Source: Balanoglossus misakiensis (Eukaryota > Animalia > Hemichordata). From it: DNA of 64,000 nt. The position numbers and the translations under genes were made by a program. The notes beneath the pieces were generated by a model. The model was not told the origin of the DNA, did no database searches, and saw only the letters and a list, made by a program, of their open reading frames with translations. Every line of letters starts with the position of its first letter. The stretch's first letter is position 1. The DNA is taken from the NCBI GenBank assembly GCA_040954595.2, contig CM082597.2, positions 558,001 to 622,000 on the forward strand, written 5' to 3'. Of the stretch, positions 52,170-64,000 are shown one piece after another.

Positions 52170-55100
52170 ATGTCGCGACGCGGTGTCGCGCTTTCACTCC
52201 TGCTTTGGAGTTTCATCATTATCGGAATCTCTGCATCTAGTTTGTCTGTAAGTATTTACAGATATTAAAGTCTTCGTGTTTCTCTTTTGAAGGCACTTAT
52301 CAGTTTCCACACATAATGTCACAAAATCTTTTCTAACGTGGCTTGATCGAGGAAAAAATATTTTTTTCATTGGATTTCAGAAAGATGGAGATTTGGGGGA
52401 AAGCAAAGCCCGAAACATCAGACAGACAGAAGGTGAGTCTGAATTTCAAATTATTATTGAAATCATTAATTTTGTATCAAAGGAATGGGTGAATGGAAGT
52501 AAATTTGCTGCAAAGTTACCAGGAATTTTAGAGGACCTTTACCATTGTGTTTGAAACAATTTGTTCTGTCATTCAAATTATTTGCATTGTGACTCCCCCA
52601 TAATTTTATTCTTAATTTTAAGAGAGAGAGTGATCTAAAGTTGCCATGTGCAAAATTCGAGAACATGTTTAAAACTTGGATTTTCGAGGCGAGTACTAAC
52701 CTTAATTATTAAACCCCGATTCTCTTGTGTGTTGAAGCTTCCACTACAACGTACTTCTACACGTATATCGACGATACCTCAATGACATGGGAAGACGCTA
52801 ATTATTACTGCCAAGATCGATGGGGGAAAGTTCTCAGCATACCAGATGTTGAAACTCAAAACTACATCGTTGACTGGATCGCCGTTCAAAACATAACCGG
52901 ACCAATTTACCTCGGTATTGAAAGGAAACCAGAAAGCAGTGGTTGGCAGTTTTTCAACGGGACTGATGTTTTGCACGACAGTTGGGCAAAAGGGGAACCA
53001 AACGACAACACGACCAGTTGTGCTGTTATCAGGTAAGAAAAATAAAATATGACGGGAAAGTAAGATGATGAAAAAGTGACACAAACGTTTATACTCAGCC
53101 CTCTTTTATTATTTGCAATGTCTTTCTATAATGTAAACGTTGTACATTGCACACATTAAGTGCTGTTTGTTATGGCGTTTCATCACAGCGTTAGGTTCAA
53201 CAATTTTGTTTTAAAATAAAATAAAATTCACTATTTGCTTTTAAGACCAAGCGTTGAACAAATGCATTCTTCACGAAATGTTTTCACAACCGATCGGAGG
53301 CACGAATCAAATAAATGGAACACTTCGCTCTTGTGAGGTACCGCCGGTAAATCACGTTTCTGATCAATCTAACTTTATGTTGGCGACAAAGTGGCATTTG
53401 CATATTTAGTTTTTCCGGATTTGCATACTGGTAAATTTTTCCACAAACAAAACCAGCTGTTTTTACACTATTGTTCACTGTATCCCAGAGTGTGACCGAT
53501 AAAAATGCAAACGTGAACACATTCTGCAGTTACGTAAAATAATATGCAAATTATTATTGACTGATATCGATTTCTTGGATCATAGTATTCATGCTCCTGT
53601 TAGGGGCGGGCCGACGAGGATTGGATGGGAAAACGTTGTCACCCTTATCACACTTACTTGACCCTCTCTGAAAGTAATGGTATAGCCCGAGGTAGTGAGT
53701 TGGTCGGTCTTCAGATCTCCAACATGCAGGATTTTACATACAAACATGTTTCCGTTGTGAAATGCCTTTGTCGGATATTCAAATGATTAGAAAAATGACT
53801 ATATGAAAATTAATTTCGCAAGAAAAGCAAGAAAGTTGATTGGAGTTTTGTGCGGCTACCTATAGCTGTGTGTAATATAGCTTGTGTGAAATTTCACCAT
53901 ATGGACCGGATGGCTGGAGTTCCTGTGCATTTGCACTGCAACTTGTCAATCATCTGGAGAGGTGAGCTCAACTGTGAAACAAATTGAGCTTTGCATTGCG
54001 AAGGGTGAAACTACTTTACGCACACAGCATGTGCCTATTCAGTGAAACGAACAGCTCTGTAATGGTAACCGTGGCGATCTTAATAGCGAGCTCGTGTTTC
54101 AGAGTTTCATCGACAGATTGACATACTGGGACCGTGATGCGTACATAGACGTGTCATTATCAGAAATGTTTTTTTTTTCATCCACTCTTTATTCACAGTG
54201 CCGACCATGGTTACTTCAATTGGACCAACTACAACTGCAGTGGTGGAGCCGCGTTTATTTGTCAATATGGTGAGTCGAGTTCTGAGAACACAACGTTGAC
54301 TAGTAGGCCGCCCTCTGAAAGATTCAGCATTTTCATAGGGGCGGACAAGTCTCTCATTGCATAATATGTAATGGAATGGTATCGTCTTCTTTGGTACAAT
54401 ACACATTGTGTGTTCCTAACCATATTGCTTTATTATGCTCTGTCATTGACGGAATGCTCAAGAATTTGCGGTTGGTACACCGCTTTTTTCGAAGCAAAGC
54501 CAAGCTGAGATGATAGCTTATAGGGTTGATATTTTGACGTTTTGTTGCAGACTGCAAACGCGACCCTTTTTGGTGTGTCCGTGGCGAAGTCGTCCATACT
54601 GCAGATACCTGTAGCTGTGACTGTGATAACAGATGGGGTGGACCACTGTGCGACGGTTAGTAAAATAGCTGTTTCCCGCTTATTGCGAGATCTCGCGAGA
54701 CTTGGTTTATTACCGTAGCATTGGGTTGGTACTCAAGTTTTGTATGCAACTGCAACCGCTGCAGAGATTAACAAAAAGTAACTTTTCTGTCATTGGGCCA
54801 TGTTTTGTTTGTCCCGTGTCACGTGAGAATGTCTTCCATATGACTTCCTAGCCACGCAAAGTCTCGGAGGGTCTCGTGAAGTTCGGAAAGTGGCCAATTT
54901 TTATTCTTCATGAAAAAAACGAGCGGCACTAAAATCCAGTATAGCCATACTGTGAAGGTACACTCCGGTCGTCAGTATGTTTCTCTGGACTCCGTTTGCG
55001 ATAATTAAAACTCTTTTCTGCATCCAGAAATAACTCTGTTTGTGAAACCCCTGTACGAAATGGGAATCGGAAAAGCGTCGTACTTCGAGGCCGAACAGTT

Positions 55101-55815
55101 CTGTGAAGACAAAAGAACTACTGTACCGAGTGTGCGTACTTTTCAGTTATGGAAAGCGTTGAAAGACTTTGTTGCTAAGAGAGCCTCGCTATTGGACAAG
55201 CTGATTTATGTTGACTTGCGATTGGTTAACGGCGTGTGGGCGGACAGCGCTGGGAATGTTCCAGAAATTTCAAAATGGCTGAGCGGAGAGCCTCAGTCTG
55301 GCGAGGAATGCGCCGTCATTAGGTATGTTGGCAGATTGGAAGACATTTATATGAAGTGTCACAACGCTCCTTCTGTGAATTTATTGTGAAGTATATCGTT
55401 TAACGAGGTTGTTAAGAAAATCCCGATAAACTCTCTCAAAATGATAAATCGTTTATTTTGATAGTTATATGTCTGCCATATTGCGCATGACGTCACTGTG
55501 AAAGAATCGCAACGAAAATTGGAAGAGCAATAATATATTACGATCTAAACTCTTAAAACTAACGCAGCTTTCAAATAAATTAACTGTAATAAATTATTTT
55601 CTCTTATGGTTTTCGGGTCGATGTAATAAATATGCTTTTGTACGCGATTGTCGATTGATGCATTTTCGAATGATTGCTTGTTAATGGTGTTTTTTTCCTT
55701 GTCACACAAATCATTAGCCCTGCGGACTCGTACAGATGGATATCCGTTAACTGCTCGGACGAAAACAAGTTCATGTGTGAATTCCGTGAGTTATCAACTA
55801 TTTATTCTGTCAGCT

Positions 55816-55903
<88 letters not shown>

Positions 55904-58900
55904 TGTGTGATTTCACCTTTCACTTAATCCTGTGTTCTTCACATGCTGCATTCTTTTCCACAGAATGTAACAAAGGTTATGAAAATTGGTGTATCCATGG
56001 TGACATCTTTGTCAAATTAGGCGGCGCTTGTGATTGCCAGTGTTGGCCTGGTTCATACGGCGAGAGATGTGAAGGTAAGAGATATAAAGTACACACAAAC
56101 TATGAAACATATTGAATAGTATAGTTGGCGAGTGTAGAACGGACTAAACCAATATGATAAACTCCAACCCATACGTTATTCATATTCAATCATTAATACT
56201 ACACTCTGCCTTAACGTCCCAGAATATGATTATGATGACGTCATCAACAAGACAATCCTGTTTTATGAGACCCAACGATCTGGGATGATATCTCAAGACA
56301 ATCGAATTTCCTGGAGAGGTGATTCTGCATTGGGGGATATGGGTTACCATGGTGAAGATCTCACTGGTGGTTGGTATGATGGTAAGATGATGATCATTAT
56401 TCCTGACGTCACATTCCGACAAAAGATGAAAACAAGGTGTTCGCCATCTTGTTTTAAGTGTGAACACAGAGATTGGCAGCCATTTTGAATTTCCAATTTT
56501 GAGACAATTTGCTTTCTTATTCAAAACATACTACCTTAAATTTACTTCTATCCCTTTTTATAGCTGGAGACCACATCAAAGTCACTTTCAAGCACACTGC
56601 CAGTGTGTGGAAACTGGCATGGGCGTTTCTAGAATTCAAAGACGCTTATGACTTGGCTGGTCAGACCCAGAATTTCTACAAATCTCTGAAATGGGGAAAT
56701 GACTACACTATGAAACTACACACCAACAGAAACATCAACTCAACAGTGTTTTACGTGCACGTGAGTGAATTGTTATTCCAACACAATAACGAATATTCAG
56801 TTTTATTCATGTTTTAGAACATTTATTCATTGATGAAATCATCAGATTACATGAGTGTATACAACCGATCAAATGCATGACGGTGATAAACTAACGGCAA
56901 TATTTACTGTTTCAGGTTGCTGATCCAGGACTTGATCACTCTTACTGGGGTAGACCAGAACAGATGATGATGTCACGACCTGCCTATCCATCCAATACAA
57001 CTCACCCTGCTACAGAAGTGGCGGGAAATGGAGCCGCATCTCTTGCTGCATCTTATCTGGTCTTCAAGGATCACGGTATGTCTTCAAGTCAAAGATCACT
57101 TTTATACACTTGAACAACCAAGATTTTCATTGTGTCCACACGTATTTTCATGTATTATTGCATTCAATATTAGGAGAGAACCATTTGTTTTCTTGGGGGT
57201 GGTCGAGGGTTTGGGTAGGTCAGCAACTTTTCAGGCACTGATAAAGACGTTTTCTTCTTATTGTCAGTCGTAATATTTTCAAAGCATTGCAGAAGAAAAT
57301 TGTTTATCCCTCTTCACCATCTGCTATCAATTCCCCCAACCCTCCACCCCAGAAATGAAATGGTTCTCCCCTTACGTTATTTTCTATTAACGTGCTGATG
57401 CAGATCCAACGTACGCCGCAGAATTACTGAGCCATGCCAGAGAATTGTACGAATTTGCCAACCAGTTCCGCGGTACGGTGGAAGAAAATATTCCAGAACT
57501 GGATTTTCTGTAAGTGTAGATATTGGATATTCATGTAATGTACATGTTAATTGCACAGGGACTGTAATAAAGTGACCAATATATAGAGGTGGCTACTAAC
57601 ATCATTTTAGCCCATGAATATTCATGTATAATTTTAAGTAAAGAAATCAAGACATGAAAGCCCTAAATCTAAATTTGGTAATTGAACTTTTCCTACTTAG
57701 GAGCGGTTCATATGGAGACGAACTCACCAACGCTGCATTGTGGCTGTACATAGCAACCAATGAAACAGCTTATCTAGATGCAGCTAAATCCTTCTATGTG
57801 GAATTCGGTCTTCACAAAGTTGATGCTTTGTTTACTAGAAACCGAATAGACATCGCCCTCCAGGTAAGATATAGCAATTACATATGTTACCAACTCTCAA
57901 TGTTTTTATGCTTATCCGTTAAAAGTATAGAAGATAGCAAGAATAGTTTCAATGACACTAAAGTAATGCCTTCGTGTGTGGTCTGCCGAATAGGTAAAGA
58001 TGTATCTGGTAACTGGTGATTCACAGTATTTAACACCGTTCACGGAAGGTCTGGCTAAATGGGGCAGAAGCCAGATAACATACACACGCAAAGGACTGGC
58101 TATGTATACATGGAACCGATCAATGAAAAGAGCCGGTACGTCAGCATTCACTGTTTTTATGTCGCCAGTGTTATTATCATATCAACATCCGCGCAAATTG
58201 ATTTAAGGTTGCTGCCATACGTAGACGTAACAGTAACTTGTGATAGTCTAGAGGTGGCCACTAACACAGATTTGACTGTATGTGTTAATGTGGTATATTT
58301 TTAGCCGACATCAGCTTCCTGGCGCTAATTGCCGCCAAGCATGGTATCCAAACTGAGGAGTACTTTGAATTCGCTCGAAGTCAAATCCATTACATGCTAG
58401 GAGACGGCGGAAGAAGTTACTTAACTGGGTTTGGAAGATATCCACCCGTACGTCCACACCACAGAGGCAGGTGAGTGCCCCTCTACGTCCAAATCAAATA
58501 TCTACATTGGGTCATTTGTCCGGTAGAAGAGCTATGATTAGTTCCTGAGCTATTAAGTGTTTCGTAAACCTTCAACAGTATAGGTGAACGCCTCCATCTA
58601 TGACCACTTCATATAAACTGACTGTCTAACTGTTTGTTTGTTGTATGTCTGTCTGTCTGTCTGTCCTCAATGACATTGAACTCCGTGTGTTGGCTATTTT
58701 CTCTACTTCACACGTCCACTGTACACCATTCTAAACTCCATTTTACAATGTTTACAGTTCTTGTCCGAACTTACCGTTGCCATGCGGCAAAGATGAGCGC
58801 AACTCACCTTATCCAAGTCCTCAAACACTGTACGGTGGATTGGTCGGCGGGCCCGACGATCGAGACAATTTCTTCGATGAACGACGTAATTGGGAACAAA

Positions 58901-59141
58901 ACGAGGCTGGAGTAAACGTCGCTGCTTTTCAAGGAGCTGTAGCAGGTATGATGTTTTTTAAATTTTGTTAGATAGTATGCATTTGCGCGTATGTGTATGA
59001 CTGACTGACTGAATGAATGAATGAATGAATGTATGTGTGTGTGTGTGTCACTCAAATATTTAAATTTCACATAATTATTGAAATCCACCTTTGTCCATTT
59101 TCTCAGGTTTATCCTATTTCCGGTTACAAGAAACCACATAG
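52170..59141 (+). CDS. Secreted modular glycoside hydrolase family 9 protein: signal peptide-[C-type lectin-EGF]x2-GH9, ~796 aa
   Basis: Seventeen exons: 52170-52247, 52381-52432, 52738-53032, 54199-54269, 54551-54655, 55028-55322, 55718-55785, 55964-56074, 56223-56381, 56564-56760, 56916-57075, 57404-57509, 57701-57863, 57994-58135, 58305-58470, 58758-58945, 59107-59141 (2391 nt, in frame). CTL motifs TWEDA..YC, YLGI, W.KGEPN, C.....FIC. EGF C.C.C...W.G..C. GH9 motifs LFYETQRSG, WRGDSAL.D, DLTGGWYDAGDHIK, DHSYWGRPE, YGDEL..AA.WLY.AT, SYLTGFG..PP.RPHHR.SSC, LYGGLVGGPD..D.F.D.R...NE. Confidence 0.9.
55819..55908. repeat. (GT)n/(GCGT)n microsatellite in an intron
   Basis: Directly visible. Confidence 0.97.
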
Positions 59142-59593
59142 ACTTCAACCACGCGCACCGTTAGACCCGACGTCGGCACAAAATGGCATGTTATTTGTGT
59201 GACGTGTTAACGGAAGTGACCTCTGCTCTCCCAGCCTACACCTCGCGCTAAAATAAGCCTATTGCAACACAATTGTGGAGTGATTGTGATTGCAACAATT
59301 TATTGAACTGAGAACAACCCCTCGTCGTTGAGATCTGTGATGTCAGCCCAAACATGTTTTTTTGTGTGCCTTTAACTATCTCATCTACATACATATCATG
59401 TGATCCTATATGGCAACGCTTATTTGTGATTCGTTTCTGTAACCTGTTAACTGAAATAAATGTAGGTGTATTGTCATGACAACAAATAAGTCTCTGAGTA
59501 TTTGTATAAAATGTTTCAAACATTTCAGAAGATGATAATCAAAATGTTAATGAACAATATTAGAAGTAGTATTCACACATAAATGAAAAATTA

Positions 59594-60247
59594 TCGACTT
59601 TGCGAATTTTGGTGTTTTTGTCATTTTTGGACATTTCTAAAGGGTTATACATCATGATTTTTTTTCAAAAATGGCCAATTTTCGACTTTCCGAAATTTGA
59701 GATTTTGGGCCTTTTTCGACATTTTTCATGGGTTATACATCATGATTTTTTTTCAAAAAATGGCCAATTTTCGACTTGCCGAATTTTCACATTTTGGGCA
59801 TTTTTGAACATTTTTCATGGGTTATACATCATGATTTAAAAAAAAAAATGACCAATTTTCGACTTCCCGAATTTTCACATTTTGGGCCTTTTTGAACATT
59901 TTTCATGGGCTATACATCATGATTTTTTCAAAACATGACCAATTTTCGACTTGCCGAATTTTCACATTTTGGGCCTTATTGAACATTTTTCATGGGGTAT
60001 ACATCATGATTTTGTAAAAAAAAAAATGACAAATTTTCGACTTCCCGAATTTTCACATTTTGGGCCTTTTTGAACATATTTCATGGGTTATACATCATGA
60101 TTTTTTTCAAAAATGACCAATTTTCGACTTCTCGAATTTTCACATTATGTGCCTTTTTGAACATATTTCATGGGTTATACATCATGATTTTTTTCAAAAA
60201 ATGACCAATTTTCGACTTCCCGAATTGTCACATTTTGGGCCTTTTTA
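59594..60247 (-). repeat. Diverged ~87-90-bp tandem repeat (about 7 copies), homologous to the 88-bp satellite and in opposite orientation
   Basis: gggttataca-like anchor recurs near 59642, 59730, 59819, 59908, 59995, 60086 and 60172. The reverse complement aligns with the 88-bp monomer (tataacccatg...gaaa.ttcg.gaagtcgaaaattg..cattt...tcatga). Confidence 0.85.
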
Positions 60248-60387
60248 TATAACCCATGAAAAATGTTCGAAAAAGGCCGAAAATCTCGAATTTCGGCAAG
60301 TCGAAAATTGGTCATTTTTCGACAAAAACCATGATGTATAACCTATATGTATAAAAAATGTTCAAAAAGGCCGAAAATCTTTTCTTT
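60248..60387 (+). repeat. Inverted ~1.5 copies of the diverged repeat at the satellite junction
   Basis: tataacccatgaaaaatgttcgaaaaaggccgaaaat...gtcgaaaattggtcatttt...catgatgtataacc is the reverse complement of the preceding units. Confidence 0.8.
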
Positions 60388-63300
60388 TCATGAGCTATAA
60401 CCCATGGTTTTTATCAAAAAACGATCAAATTTTGAAATTTCGCGAGGTCGAAAAATTGACATTTCTGGATGATTTTCATGAGCTATAACCCATGGTTTTT
60501 TATCAAAAAACCACCAAATTTTGAAAATTCGCGAGGTCGAAAAATTGACATTTCTGGATGATTTTCATGAGCTATAACCCATGGTTTTTTTCAAAAAACC
60601 ACCAAATTTTGAAAATTCGCGAGGTCGAAAAATTGACATTTCTGGATGATTTTCATGAGCTATAACCCATGGTTTTTGTCGAAAAACCACCAAATTTTGA
60701 AATTTCGCGAAGTCGAAAAATTGACATTTCTGGATGATTTTCATGAGCTATAACCCATGGTTTTTGTCGAAAAACCACCAAATTTTGAAATTTCGCGAAG
60801 TCGAAAAATTGACATTTCTGGATGATTTTCATGAGCTATAACCCATGGTTTTTGTCGAAAAACCACCAAATTTTGAAATTTCGCGAAGTCGAAAAATTGA
60901 CATTTCTGGATGATTTTCATGAGCTATAACCCATGGTTTTTGTCGAAAAACCACCAAATTTTGAAATTTCGCGAAGTCGAAAAATTGACATTTCTGGATG
61001 ATTTTCATGAGCTATAACCCATGGTTTTTGTCGAAAAACCACCAAATTTTGAAATTTCGCGAAGTCGAAAAATTGACATTTCTGGATGATTTTCATGAGC
61101 TATAACCCATGGTTTTTGTCGAAAAACCACCAAATTTTGAAATTTCGCGAAGTCGAAAAATTGACATTTCTGGAAGATTTTCATGAGCTATAACCCATGG
61201 TTTTTGTCGAAAAACCACCAAATTTTGAAATTTCGCGAAGTCGAAAAATTGACATTTCTGGATGATTTTCATGAGCTATAACCCATGGTTTTTGTCGAAA
61301 AACCACCAAATTTTGAAATTTCGCGAAGTCGAAAAATTGACATTTCTGGATGATTTTCATGAGCTATAACCCATGGTTTTTGTCGAAAAACCACCAAATT
61401 TTGAAATTTCGCGAAGTCGAAAAATTGACATTTCTGGATGATTTTCATGAGCTATAACCCATGGTTTTTGTCGAAAAACCACCAAATTTTGAAATTTCGC
61501 GAAGTCGAAAAATTGACATTTCTGGATGATTTTCATGAGCTATAACCCATGGTTTTTGTCGAAAAACCACCAAATTTTGAAATTTCGCGAAGTCGAAAAA
61601 TTGACATTTCTGGATGATTTTCATGAGCTATAACCCATGGTTTTTGTCGAAAAACCACCAAATTTTGAAATTTCGCGAAGTCGAAAAATTGACATTTCTG
61701 GATGATTTTCATGAGCTATAACCCATGGTTTTTGTCGAAAAACCACCAAATTTTGAAATTTCGCGAAGTCGAAAAATTGACATTTCTGGATGATTTTCAT
61801 GAGCTATAACCCATGGTTTTTGTCGAAAAACCACCAAATTTTGAAATTTCGCGAAGTCGAAAAATTGACATTTCTGGATGATTTTCATGAGCTATAACCC
61901 ATGGTTTTTGTCGAAAAACCACCAAATTTTGAAATTTCGCGAAGTCGAAAAATTGACATTTCTGGATGATTTTCATGAGCTATAACCCATGGTTTTTGTC
62001 GAAAAACCACCAAATTTTGAAATTTCGCGAAGTCGAAAAATTGACATTTCTGGATGATTTTCATGAGCTATAACCCATGGTTTTTGTCGAAAAACCACCA
62101 AATTTTGAAATTTCGCGAAGTCGAAAAATTGACATTTCTGGATGATTTTCATGAGCTATAACCCATGGTTTTTGTCGAAAAACCACCAAATTTTGAAATT
62201 TCGCGAAGTCGAAAAATTGACATTTCTGGATGATTTTCATGAGCTATAACCCATGGTTTTTGTCGAAAAACCACCAAATTTTGAAATTTCGCGAAGTCGA
62301 AAAATTGACATTTCTGGATGATTTTCATGAGCTATAACCCATGGTTTTTGTCGAAAAACCACCAAATTTTGAAATTTCGCGAAGTCGAAAAATTGACATT
62401 TCTGGATGATTTTCATGAGCTATAACCCATGGTTTTTGTCGAAAAACCACCAAATTTTGAAATTTCGCGAAGTCGAAAAATTGACATTCTGGATGATTTT
62501 CATGAGCTATAACCCATGGTTTTTGTCGAAAACCACCAAATTTTGAAATTTCGCGAAGTCGAAAAATTGACATTTCTGGATGATTTTCATGAGCTATAAC
62601 CCATGGTTTTTGTCGAAAAACCACCAAATTTTGAAATTTCGCGAAGTCGAAAAATTGACATTTCTGGATGATTTTCATGAGCTATAACCCATGGTTTTTG
62701 TCGAAAAACCACCAAATTTGAAATTTCGCGAAGTCGAAAAATTGACATTTCTGGATGATTTTCATGAGCTATAACCCATGGTTTTTGTCGAAAAACCACC
62801 AAATTTTGAAATTTCGCGAAGTCGAAAAATTGACATTTCTGGATGATTTTCATGAGCTATAACCCATGGTTTTTGTCGAAAAACCATCAAATTTTGAAAT
62901 TTCGCGAAGTCGAAAAATTGACATTTCTGGATGATTTTCATGAGCTATAACCCATGGTTTTTGTCGAAAAACCACCAAATTTTGAAATTTCGCGAAGTCG
63001 AAAAATTGACATTTCTGGATGATTTTCATGAGCTATAACCCATGGTTTTTGTCGAAAAACCACCAAATTTTGAAATTTCGCGAAGTCGAAAAATTGACAT
63101 TTCTGGATGATTTTCATGAGCTATAACCCATGGTTTTTGTCGAAAAACCACCAAATTTTGAAATTTCGCGAAGTCGAAAAATTGACATTTCTGGATGATT
63201 TTCATGAGCTATAACCCATGGTTTTTGTCGAAAAACCACCAAATTTTGAAATTTCGCGAAGTCGAAAAATTGACATTTCTGGATGATTTTCATGAGCTAT

Positions 63301-64000
63301 AACCCATGGTTTTTGTCGAAAAACCACTAAATTTTGAAATTTCGCGAAGTCGAAAATTGACATTTCTGGATGATTTTCATGAGCTATAACCCATGGTTTT
63401 TGTCGAAAAACCACCAAATTTTGAAATTTCGCGAAGTCGAAAAATTGACATTTCTGGATGATTTTCATGAGCTATAACCCATGGTTTTTGTCGAAAAACC
63501 ACCAAATTTTGAAATTTCGCGAAGTCGAAAAATTGACATTTCTGGATGATTTTCATGAGCTATAACCCATGGTTTTTGTCGAAAAACCACCAAATTTTGA
63601 ATTTCGCGAAGTCGAAAAATTGACATTTCTGGATGATTTTCATGAGCTATAACCCATGGTTTTTGTCGAAAAACCACCAAATTTTGAAATTTCGCGAAGT
63701 CGAAAAATTGACATTTCTGGATGATTTTCATGAGCTATAACCCATGGTTTTTGTCGAAAAACCACCAAATTTTGAAATTTCGCGAAGTCGAAAAATTGAC
63801 ATTTCTGGATGATTTTCATGAGCTATAACCCATGGTTTTTGTCGAAAAACCACCAAATTGTGAAATTTCGCGAAGTCGAAAAATTGACATTTCTGGATGA
63901 TTTTCATGAGCTATAACCCATGGTTTTTGTCGAAAAACCACCAAATTGTGAAATTTCGCGAAGTCGAAAAATTGACATTTCTGGATGATTTTTCATGAGC
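60388..64000 (+). repeat. Highly homogeneous 88-bp satellite array, about 41 copies, running off the window
   Basis: Monomer tataacccatggtttttgtcgaaaaaccaccaaattttgaaatttcgcgaagtcgaaaaattgacatttctggatgattttcatgagc; period 88 (60661 to 60749). Confidence 0.98.

Noticed and set aside
56223-59141. Recent bacterial horizontal transfer or contamination as the source of the GH9
   Set aside because: The domain is split by eight spliceosomal introns, is fused to animal domains and resembles endogenous animal GH9s, an ancient metazoan family.
60388-64000. CRISPR-like array or coding ORFs (MKIIQKCQFFDFAKF...)
   Set aside because: Units are contiguous and identical with no unique spacers and no cas genes. 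The 88-aa ORFs are simply three 88-bp monomers read through.

Overview
Intron-rich, AT-rich eukaryotic DNA, not prokaryotic. Gene content suggests a marine invertebrate, plausibly a non-vertebrate deuterostome such as a hemichordate (inference only). I assembled eight spliced genes by hand with phase-consistent GT-AG junctions: (1) a 3'-truncated secreted fibrinogen/intelectin-like gene (-); (2) a secreted 4xLDLa + CAP/SCP gene (-); (3) a single-coding-exon orphan class A GPCR (+); (4) DPAGT1 (+); (5) a C2CD2L/TMEM24-family gene with TM-SMP-C2...C1 architecture and several candidate alternative exons (+); (6,7) two tandem paralogous secreted proteins of unrecognised family (-); (8) a secreted [C-type lectin-EGF]x2-GH9 glycoside hydrolase with a remodelled, basic substrate cleft (+). 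The window ends in an 88-bp satellite array joined through an inversion to a diverged related satellite. The best leads are the lectin-GH9 fusion, the LDLa-CAP precursor with basic-site linkers, the orphan paralog pair and the TMEM24 alternative-exon set. All gene models are manual and unverified by transcripts or database searches.
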